Shown: in pieces, positions 9,546 to 17,464 of the stretch | Position numbering within the stretch: the first letter of the stretch is position 1 | Layout: each line of letters starts with the position of its first letter | Virus record (IMG/VR): IMGVR_UViG_3300009185_000001 | Span: 96,001-160,000 of that record | Reading direction: 5' to 3' (one strand) | From: a virus | Lineage: Duplodnaviria; Caudoviricetes | DNA: 64,000 bases | Made by a program: the position numbers and the translations under genes | Notes under the pieces: model-generated | Database searches by the model: none | What the model saw: the letters and a program-made list of their open reading frames with translations, nothing else | Told to the model about the DNA's origin: nothing

Positions 9546-10591
9546 GCTATTAGTTCTTTGTATAAATTGTTTAGATAGTCTATGATATCAGATTTATGCT
9601 CAATGTCTATCGAGTTTACAAAATCTTCTATATTTTTCTCCATGTCTAAAAGATTATAATCTATAATGTCAGAATTTTCAAGTTTTTCCTCCACAACAGA
9701 TTTATAATCAAGTTTAAATACCTTTGGATTATATTTTTGTATATTTGCAGTTAATAAATCTATTTTATTATTTGGAATTTCTTCATCTATTATCAAAGAT
9801 ACCATATTATTTGGTACATTATTCTTTAAATAGTCACCATCCTGTGTTTTATCACGCAATTTACTTAAAAATATCTTTATATGTTTAGGCGAAATCGTAT
9901 TTTCTACAAATTTCAATTCTTCGGTTTCTATATTGAAAATATAAATTCCTCTATCATCACCTGAATCTCCATAGTTCTGCTGGAACGGACTTCCTACATA
10001 AACAATTCTACCTTTATTGTATTTTCTATCATCCTTCTTGTGAAAGTGACCAGAAAACACCAATGGAGATTTTTCTAAAATATTTGATGATTCAAACCCA
10101 TGATCACACGTTTTAAAGTTATTCATATAGAAACTTTGAATTTCAAAATGTCCAAAGCAAATATCAGATTTAGGAATATCTTGAATTGAAGTTCCCCAAG
10201 GAATCAAAGAAATTTTTTTGTTCTTATATTCTATAATAAGAGGTTCTTTATCAACAATAGTAATATTTTTCCACCCTTTTAGTATGCTGACTGAATTAAC
10301 ATCAGACCTGTCTTTGTAAAAACTGTCATGATTTCCAACCGAAATAAAAATTTTAAAATCCTTTAAAATTTCAAAAAATTCATTAGCAACCGAAATGGTA
10401 TTAACGCCTATTTCACTTCTATTGTGAAATATATCACCTGGAATAATAATATCATTTATTCCTGCTTCGGAATAAACTTTGGTAGCCCATTTAGCAAAAT
10501 CCAAAACAATATCGTGCCATGTCGAGCTATCTTGACCTAATCCTATATGAATATCCGAAAATATTCCTATGTTTTTACCTTTTAAAATCAT
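9542..10591 (-). CDS. gp47: Recombination endonuclease subunit (Mre11/SbcD-like)
   Basis: SDIH, GDIFH, GNHD, GHFE, SGHFH metallophosphoesterase motifs; adjacent to gp55 as in T4. Confidence 0.9.
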   Translation of the reverse strand: MILKGKNIGIFSDIHIGLGQDSSTWHDIVLDFAKWATKVYSEAGINDIIIPGDIFHNRSEIGVNTISVANEFFEILKDFKIFISVGNHDSFYKDRSDVNSVSILKGWKNITIVDKEPLIIEYKNKKISLIPWGTSIQDIPKSDICFGHFEIQSFYMNNFKTCDHGFESSNILEKSPLVFSGHFHKKDDRKYNKGRIVYVGSPFQQNYGDSGDDRGIYIFNIETEELKFVENTISPKHIKIFLSKLRDKTQDGDYLKNNVPNNMVSLIIDEEIPNNKIDLLTANIQKYNPKVFKLDYKSVVEEKLENSDIIDYNLLDMEKNIEDFVNSIDIEHKSDIIDYLNNLYKELIA

Positions 10592-11226
10592 TCTCTGTTT
10601 ATACTATTCGTTTTATTATTTTTTACAAGATTATTATAGCCTTCAGAAAACATTAAAAATTCATTTTTATACTTTTCATGAGTTTCATGTATATGTTTTT
10701 CCTTTTTAATTCTATTTCTAAATGCATTGAATGCAATTCTTGTAAAATATGAAAAGGGATTTGTTCCTTTTGTGTGATTATATTTTTTAGACATCAATGC
10801 TTTAAACATTCTGATGACACCATCTCCTACCATCTCTTCTCTGTATGAGTAGTTGATAAAATTAGGAGCATAGCTTAGTTTGTGAGCAATCTTGCTGACC
10901 ATTTCTGCTAATTCATTAGAAAGTACTCCACTTTCATAATATTCCAAGATTTTAGTATCAAAATTTTTTGGATCTACATAAAACTTTTCTTTATCTGTCT
11001 TTTTTTTGTTCTTAGGTTTTCTATCATAATCGATTTTGATTTCTACCTCTTCATCATCTTCATCTTTACTAACAATTTTATCATCATCTAATCGATCTTC
11101 GTCGAAATCATCACTTTCTTGTTTTAGATCTAACCCTAAATACTCGGCTTCTTCTTCTGAGTATTCGATGAAATCATCATTTTTTAATGCTTTTGCTTTA
11201 CGATATGCTTTTCTCTGTGTATTCAT
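10588..11226 (-). CDS. gp55: Late transcription sigma factor
   Basis: IAHKLSYAPNFINYSYREEMVGDG..NPFSYFTRIAFNAFRNRIKKEK. Confidence 0.9.
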   Translation of the reverse strand: MNTQRKAYRKAKALKNDDFIEYSEEEAEYLGLDLKQESDDFDEDRLDDDKIVSKDEDDEEVEIKIDYDRKPKNKKKTDKEKFYVDPKNFDTKILEYYESGVLSNELAEMVSKIAHKLSYAPNFINYSYREEMVGDGVIRMFKALMSKKYNHTKGTNPFSYFTRIAFNAFRNRIKKEKHIHETHEKYKNEFLMFSEGYNNLVKNNKTNSINRE

Positions 11227-12613
11227 AATTTTCTGTGTTGTATAATTTTTTTCTTTCTATTAAATGTAATTTTGCGTATTTCGTATTATCTGAAATATCA
11301 AATATGTTTGCCATTGTTTTGGTTGGGTGCAATCGAAGTGCTCTTCCAATGGATTGCATAATTTTTATTTTTGCTTTTCCTGCTGAAGCAAAAATAATGT
11401 TGTGAAGATTTGGAATGTTGATTCCTGTGCTAAAAATTTTTGAAATTGCTATAATGATGACATCATTTCTATCATTCATAAGAGATCTTATCTCTTCTCG
11501 ATCTTGCATCTCTGTAGATCCTCTAATAAAATATATAGGTTTTTTATCCTTAGTTATTTCTTTTATGATGCTTTCTAAAATTTCTCCATGTGCTAACCTA
11601 TCGACCATTATAAGAGTGTTATTTGTCAATTTATCTGCTAATTTACAGATGATTTGATTTCTTCTTTCACTATTAATGATAAATTCCAATTCATTTTCAT
11701 ACGAAGCAGTAGGATTCAATGATGTTGCTTGTTTTGGTCGTGCGGTATGCTGTACATTTAGTATAACAATTTTAAAATTAGAAATATATTGTTGGTTTTT
11801 TAATGTTTGGGTCTTTTGTTCAAAGGTTATCGGTCCTAATTTGCCTATAATATTCCACTGATCTATTTTGCATGTAGGCATTGTACCAGTAAATCCGAAT
11901 TTATAAGGGGTTTTTAACAATTTTAAAATTTTATTGATTTCATTACCCTTTTTTAACGAATGGCACTCATCCTTTATCAACAATTTTACATCTGCTAATA
12001 TGGACAAATTAGTTTTTTCACTTAATAAAAACTGAGTACCTGCAACAATTATGTTTGCATTGGTATCGAGCTTGTTATTGCCTGACCACTTCGTTACTTT
12101 TGTTAAGCCGTAGGAAATAAAATCATTTGCCGTCTGTTCTACCAACTGTATAGAGGGTACAGTAACCAACACTAAGGCATCTGGATCGTTCGTGGTTTCT
12201 CTGAAGCTCTCAATCAGTCCTGCACATATCAATGTCTTTCCTCCAGCGGTAGGAATGATGGTGACACCCCTTCCTTGCTTGATTGCTGCTGTTATAGATT
12301 GCTCCTGATATTCTCGATAGTCTATAGAAAGTTTCTTTATGATTGGAGTTTCAAATCCACATGAAAATTCTTTTTTTAAATCCTTGGAAACACCATATTG
12401 ATAGTTAGAATGTTCAAGATATTTTATAATTTCACCTAGTAAACCCACTTCAAACTTTCCGCTAGGAGTTATTGAATAGAGTCTACTAGAAACATACGGA
12501 ACATTTTTTCTAAAAGCAGGATTTGCTATGGAAAAGTTTTCTCTCAATAGACTCAAAACGTCACTATCCGCAATTATCTGACCACTGTTTTTTATTAGAG
12601 AAAGTTCTATCAT
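11198..12613 (-). CDS. uvsW: SF2 DNA helicase UvsW
   Basis: PTAGGKT, DECH, GFTGT, FSTGINIPNLHNIIFAS, QSIGRALR. Confidence 0.92.
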   Translation of the reverse strand: MIELSLIKNSGQIIADSDVLSLLRENFSIANPAFRKNVPYVSSRLYSITPSGKFEVGLLGEIIKYLEHSNYQYGVSKDLKKEFSCGFETPIIKKLSIDYREYQEQSITAAIKQGRGVTIIPTAGGKTLICAGLIESFRETTNDPDALVLVTVPSIQLVEQTANDFISYGLTKVTKWSGNNKLDTNANIIVAGTQFLLSEKTNLSILADVKLLIKDECHSLKKGNEINKILKLLKTPYKFGFTGTMPTCKIDQWNIIGKLGPITFEQKTQTLKNQQYISNFKIVILNVQHTARPKQATSLNPTASYENELEFIINSERRNQIICKLADKLTNNTLIMVDRLAHGEILESIIKEITKDKKPIYFIRGSTEMQDREEIRSLMNDRNDVIIIAISKIFSTGINIPNLHNIIFASAGKAKIKIMQSIGRALRLHPTKTMANIFDISDNTKYAKLHLIERKKLYNTENYEYTEKSIS

Positions 12614-13005
12614 TAGGTTGTTTCGAGCTTTGTAATTTCGACAATATTTTTCAAATCGTAGGTCATGCTTCTAAATATCAGTTCAACTTTTTCCAAATAT
12701 TCAATTATGATTTCAACTTCTTCTATATCTTCTTGAATTTTTAAAACAACATCTGAAGAATTTATTTTGCTATCAAGGCTTGCCTTGGGAATACCTGTTG
12801 GAATTCCTTTTTCTTTTAAAGAATCCAACACAGAATCTTTTATTGTTTTTTTCTTTCTATTCAAAGAATTCAATTTTCTTTTATATTCAATCAACCGAGC
12901 AACCCACTTATGTCGAATTGCAGGTAGCATCATTTGTTTGTCTAAAAGATTTATTTGATCTATTTTAGTATCTTCTTGTAATTCTTTGTTAAATTCTTCA
13001 AACAT
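12613..13005 (-). CDS. uvsY: Recombination mediator UvsY
   Basis: Helical 130 aa next to uvsW; C-terminus YLEKVELIFRSMTYDLKNIVE. Confidence 0.7.
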   Translation of the reverse strand: MFEEFNKELQEDTKIDQINLLDKQMMLPAIRHKWVARLIEYKRKLNSLNRKKKTIKDSVLDSLKEKGIPTGIPKASLDSKINSSDVVLKIQEDIEEVEIIIEYLEKVELIFRSMTYDLKNIVEITKLETT

Positions 13006-13033
13006 CTTTATAAGTATTTTTTAAATATAACAT

Positions 13034-13297
13034 ATGTTTAAGAAATTTCAAATATTAGTTGATACTATTTTAGAAAATATGAATAGTGCAGGTGCTGGAG
13101 GAGCATTTGGAACTCCACAACAAGCTTCATACAATCCACCTACAAATGTAAACAGTGGAGATTCTATAGCTACAGGAGATGGTCGTAATATATTTGGAGG
13201 TTACTTGCCATTAGAAACTAAAAACAAAAAAAAATCAAAAAAGAAAAATAAAAACCCATTAATGATTCGTAGAAAACTTTCTAGAAAGGATATGTAA
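13034..13297 (+). CDS. Small late hypothetical protein (Gly-rich middle, basic C-terminus)
   Basis: TAAATA at 13022-13027; N-terminus MFKKFQILVDTILE. Confidence 0.6.
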   Translation: MFKKFQILVDTILENMNSAGAGGAFGTPQQASYNPPTNVNSGDSIATGDGRNIFGGYLPLETKNKKKSKKKNKNPLMIRRKLSRKDM

Positions 13298-13731
13298 TGG
13301 ACTCTGGACATTGGATTTTAGAGGAAAATGTAAATTTAGACGAAAAAACATTTGGATTCATATATTCAATTATTAATAACGTCACAAATAAAAAATATAT
13401 TGGAAAAAAACAATGTATTTCTAGAATTAAAAGAAAGCCCTTAAAAGGACAAAAAAGAAATCGAATTGATTTTAAACCTTCAGATTGGAAGTCATATACC
13501 AGTTCTTCAAATGATCTAAATGAAGATATTAAAATTTATGGAAAAGAAAATTTTTCATTCAAAATTTTAAAAACATGTGGTTCTAAGTGGGAATTGGCTT
13601 ATGAAGAAATAAAAAAACAAATAGAAGAAGATGTTTTACTTCGAGATGATTACTATAATGGAATAATTAATGTGAGAATAGGTACTCCTCCTAAAGATAT
13701 TTTAAACAATTTTACTAAATATACAAAATGA
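13297..13731 (+). CDS. GIY-YIG endonuclease-like protein
   Basis: GFIYSIINNVTNKKYIGKK; catalytic domain only. Confidence 0.8.
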   Translation: MDSGHWILEENVNLDEKTFGFIYSIINNVTNKKYIGKKQCISRIKRKPLKGQKRNRIDFKPSDWKSYTSSSNDLNEDIKIYGKENFSFKILKTCGSKWELAYEEIKKQIEEDVLLRDDYYNGIINVRIGTPPKDILNNFTKYTK

Positions 13732-14288
13732 ATAAAACATCTTGCATTTATTGCGGTTCAGAAAGTTATGGAAAGGGTTGTATGTATTCCCCAACCGATA
13801 CTCATGTTCATATGGATGCTCCTAAAAAATGTATATATTGTGGATCTGAATCACTTGGAAGTGGTTGCATGTTTAATCCATATGGAAATGTTCATGTTAA
13901 AGGTCCGGAATTTTTAAATAGATCTGCCATTAAAACTGAAAAAGCAGCTGTTTTGACATATATTTTGAATATGGCTAGTTCATTGCTTTCGGAAAACAAC
14001 ATGTACAAGTCTCCTTTGGATCGATTGTACAAAAGAATGGCTTCTATCATAGCTTCTGCAACAGAACCTCTCTTAGAGGCATTCTGTTTGCAGGAATCGC
14101 CATCTTACGGAAAGCTTGATAAGACTCAACTCATAAAAACGGTAGATTTTAAAAACAAATTCAGAAAACAATTGGAAGAATTTTCAAAAACAGTTTCTGA
14201 AGCTTCTTTGGAATTACCTCAAGAAATTGTTGAAAAAGTCGTAATGGATGCTATAATCAGTATAGATGTCCGAAAAATTAAAGATTAA
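13728..14288 (+). CDS. Hypothetical protein with two tandem Cys/His (zinc-finger-like) repeats
   Basis: CIYCGSES.G.GC...P....H twice. Confidence 0.6.
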   Translation: MNKTSCIYCGSESYGKGCMYSPTDTHVHMDAPKKCIYCGSESLGSGCMFNPYGNVHVKGPEFLNRSAIKTEKAAVLTYILNMASSLLSENNMYKSPLDRLYKRMASIIASATEPLLEAFCLQESPSYGKLDKTQLIKTVDFKNKFRKQLEEFSKTVSEASLELPQEIVEKVVMDAIISIDVRKIKD

Positions 14289-14745
14289 AGATTTTTTAAT
14301 ATATTATATCTCTCAAAGAGTTATAATATTCCCAATTTACGAATATCTTCCTATTATTGCTAATAATATTATAAGAGATTTTGAAGAATGGGATCTTCTA
14401 AAAGACAAAAAAATTACTCAGAAGGAGAAATATTTTAAATTTTTTCTAGAAAAAGAACTTGACAAGCTCTTAGAAACCTTTATTATAATTTTTAAGGATT
14501 TAAATATTAAAATATTTACAATATATAAAAAAGATACTTCTTTATCTTCTGAATATTCTAAATATTTTATAAATCATAATGAATTTGGTAATATTGTGAA
14601 AAATATAATAAAAAAGAAAACAAAATATTTTAAAGAAATTAATAATAATTCTTTATTTAATAATATTGAAGGATATTATAAAAATATAAGAGTAGGAATT
14701 CCAGATGGTGATGATATGGAGTTTTTTTCGAAGTATTTTAACTAA
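14266..14745 (+). CDS. Hypothetical protein
   Basis: Operonic ORF; no motif recognised. Confidence 0.5.
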   Translation: MSEKLKIKDFLIYYISQRVIIFPIYEYLPIIANNIIRDFEEWDLLKDKKITQKEKYFKFFLEKELDKLLETFIIIFKDLNIKIFTIYKKDTSLSSEYSKYFINHNEFGNIVKNIIKKKTKYFKEINNNSLFNNIEGYYKNIRVGIPDGDDMEFFSKYFN

Positions 14746-14748
14746 ACT

Positions 14749-15678
14749 ATGAAACAATATTCAATTTTTCACATTGATGGAGGTTGCGGAAAATCTATAA
14801 TTGCTACTTCTGTAGTAAAATCTATAAAATCTGCATATCCAGAACATGAATTAATAGTTGTAACCTCATATCCAGAGGTATTTTTACATAATCCTAATGT
14901 TTTTAGAGTATATAAATTTGGAAATATTCCTTATTTTTATGATGATTACATAAAAAACAAAGATTCTAAAATATTCAGAATGGAACCGTATCATTCTGGA
15001 GATCTTTTATATAGAAAAAAACATTTAGCAGAAATTTGGTGTGATATATTCAATATTCCATGTATTTCTACTAAACCAGAACTCTTTCTAACTGAAAGAG
15101 AGTTGATGTTTGTTCAAAATATTTTAAATAAGCAAGGTCCAATACTCACAATTCAATCTTCAGGAGGTGCTGAAAATCAAAAAATACCATATTCTTGGTC
15201 TAGAGATCTTCCAATATCATTTACAGCAGAAATTGTTGATTCTATTAAAGATAAATTTGATAAAATACTTCATATTAAGAGAGAAAATCAACAAACTTTT
15301 CAAAATACTATTCCAGTAACAGATAATTTTAGAAATTTGTTCTGTTATATTGCATTATCAGACAAGTTTTTATGTATAGATTCATTTGCTCAACATGCAG
15401 CAGCGGCTTTAAACAAAAATGCTACTGTTGGATGGATTTCAAACTCTCCAAAAGTATTTGGACATGAAATTCATACAAATATTGTAGTAGATAAAGAAGA
15501 ATTGTTTCGTCATAGAATAGATTCATACTTAGAATCTGATGATTGGACAGGTGGTAGGCTACATGAATGTCCATATAACAATATTAATAAACTATTTGAC
15601 AAAGATGTTTTTATAGAATCAATTTTAGGTTCAAAAAATGAGTTGTTTTTTGATTTGAATCCTACTATAGTGTTTTAA
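14749..15678 (+). CDS. GT9-like (heptosyltransferase-like) glycosyltransferase
   Basis: GGCGKSII..LIVVTSYPEVFLHNPNV; FLCIDSFAQHAAAAL. Confidence 0.7.
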   Translation: MKQYSIFHIDGGCGKSIIATSVVKSIKSAYPEHELIVVTSYPEVFLHNPNVFRVYKFGNIPYFYDDYIKNKDSKIFRMEPYHSGDLLYRKKHLAEIWCDIFNIPCISTKPELFLTERELMFVQNILNKQGPILTIQSSGGAENQKIPYSWSRDLPISFTAEIVDSIKDKFDKILHIKRENQQTFQNTIPVTDNFRNLFCYIALSDKFLCIDSFAQHAAAALNKNATVGWISNSPKVFGHEIHTNIVVDKEELFRHRIDSYLESDDWTGGRLHECPYNNINKLFDKDVFIESILGSKNELFFDLNPTIVF

Positions 15679-15681
15679 TAT

Positions 15682-16503
15682 ATGATATTTTTCAATTCTT
15701 CAATGCCAAGAAGCATGTCAACGCTTCTGCAATGTATTCTTAATCAAAATCCAACCATAACAGCAACTCCTACTGATCCAGTTCTCGAATATCTGTATGG
15801 AGCTAGAATGAACTTTACAAATTCTCCAGAAGTTAAGGCTATTGATAAGAATTTAGCAATAAACGCATGGAGAGGATTTTGTTGGGGTGGTTTGGAAGGA
15901 TATGCAAGTTCATATTCAGAAAAATCTAATATTTGCATAAAAACAAGAGGCGGTACTATTCATTATAAATGGTTTGAGGCATTTATGCCATATAAACCAA
16001 AGATGATATGCATGGTAAGAAACTTAAAGAGTATTATTTCATCCATGGAAAAAATTTATCGTAAAAACCAAGAAAATCACCAATCAATTCAAAATCATGC
16101 AGAGATGTCTGGTACGATCACTGCAAAAAGAGTAGATTCATGGTTTGCATCACCACCAGTAGGACTTGCATTGGAGCGTTTAGAGCAGTGTTTTCTAGAG
16201 GGCATTAATAAAGATGTTGTATATGTCAGAGCAGAGGATTTAACAAACAATCCTCAACAAGAACTTAATAAAATTTACAATTATCTTGGACTAGAATCAT
16301 TTCAACATAATTTTAAAAACGTTGAGCAGTCCATTAAAGAAGATGATTCTGTATATGGTCTTACTAGTGATCTGCACACTATTAGAAGTGAAGTGATTCC
16401 CTTAAATACGGATTATAAGGAAGTTTTAGGCAAAGATATTTGTAATTGGATTGATAAGACGTATTATAACTATCAAAAAAGATTTGGCTATATTAATTTT
16501 TAA
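15682..16503 (+). CDS. Sulfotransferase (PAPS-dependent family)
   Basis: 5'-PSB-like SMPRSMSTLL..LNQNP; 3'-PB-like MVRNLKSIISS; RAEDL..PQQELNKIYNYLG. Confidence 0.75.
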   Translation: MIFFNSSMPRSMSTLLQCILNQNPTITATPTDPVLEYLYGARMNFTNSPEVKAIDKNLAINAWRGFCWGGLEGYASSYSEKSNICIKTRGGTIHYKWFEAFMPYKPKMICMVRNLKSIISSMEKIYRKNQENHQSIQNHAEMSGTITAKRVDSWFASPPVGLALERLEQCFLEGINKDVVYVRAEDLTNNPQQELNKIYNYLGLESFQHNFKNVEQSIKEDDSVYGLTSDLHTIRSEVIPLNTDYKEVLGKDICNWIDKTYYNYQKRFGYINF

Positions 16504-16544
16504 TTAAATATCCGATTAATATTATTTTAACTTTAATATATATT

Positions 16545-16566
16545 AGATGGTGCATATGCACCATCT
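16545..16566. repeat. Perfect 22-bp palindrome between convergent genes (possible terminator)
   Basis: AGATGGTGCAT-ATGCACCATCT. Confidence 0.7.
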
Positions 16567-16589
16567 GATCATTATTATAATACGTTTTT

Positions 16590-17462
16590 TTAATATGTAT
16601 TTGCTCCAAAAGCTGTCATTAGTGTATTCCATCTAGTTGATAGCTTTTGTGCTTGAGTAGCATTTAAACCTTGAGTAATAGCATATCCTCGAATATAACG
16701 AGTAGACCAGAGATAAGGTGTGGATCCGACTACGCCCATTGCTCCTATGACAATACTTTGAGAAGGAAAGTCAGTTCCTGTTGCTGTAATAGGTGTGCTT
16801 ATTTGTGTTCCTTTATTATAATAATATTGGGATCTATCTCCGTTTGTTGTTATAAAAGATGGACCATCTAGTGAAGTAGGAGAAGACGCAGGAGAAAGTT
16901 CCCCAGTTAAGTTTAATGACCCACACGCACCTCCTTCTTTATTTAAAGAACTCCATCCTAAACCTATAGCAGCTAAAGGTGATACAGTTGATTGAATACC
17001 CATTACATATCCAGATGATGTCTCAGTCCCAGCCCAATAAGCAAATATACCAAAATTAGTTAAAGACGATGATTGAGGATTTGTTCCCGTCAAACCCGGA
17101 TTAAATTGCGTGTTTAAATACGTATTACTGCCATTTGCTTTGAACCCTGCTGTAGAACCAGTAGGGACGTAAGTTCCGCTACTAAAATTATTATTTATTA
17201 AAAGTCTAGAAGCAAGAACAGTCTTCATTTTCACTAACGCTCCTGCTCTGGAGGTTACACCAGCAAACAAGCCCATATCATAAATAGAATTCCAAATTTC
17301 ATCAATTTTTAATCCAATAAAAAAATTATTCACTGCTGTCCTAGCAGATACATTAATTGATCCTCCGTTTGCAACAACAGCATCAAAATATGCTTGTGCA
17401 TCAGTGTCTACAGAAGGTTGTGAATCGTAGATGCCAATTAAAATTTCTTTATTCAATAACAT
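16590..17462 (-). CDS. Putative virion-associated beta-rich protein
   Basis: Downstream of two fibre genes; DAQAYFDAVVANGG N-terminus; Ser/Thr/Gly-rich. Confidence 0.55.
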   Translation of the reverse strand: MLLNKEILIGIYDSQPSVDTDAQAYFDAVVANGGSINVSARTAVNNFFIGLKIDEIWNSIYDMGLFAGVTSRAGALVKMKTVLASRLLINNNFSSGTYVPTGSTAGFKANGSNTYLNTQFNPGLTGTNPQSSSLTNFGIFAYWAGTETSSGYVMGIQSTVSPLAAIGLGWSSLNKEGGACGSLNLTGELSPASSPTSLDGPSFITTNGDRSQYYYNKGTQISTPITATGTDFPSQSIVIGAMGVVGSTPYLWSTRYIRGYAITQGLNATQAQKLSTRWNTLMTAFGANTY

Positions 17463-17464
17463 GG

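Noticed and set aside
13297-13731. GIY-YIG gene as a mobile homing endonuclease or intron
   Set aside because: Freestanding, catalytic domain only, no interrupted host gene or intron structure; kept as a CDS
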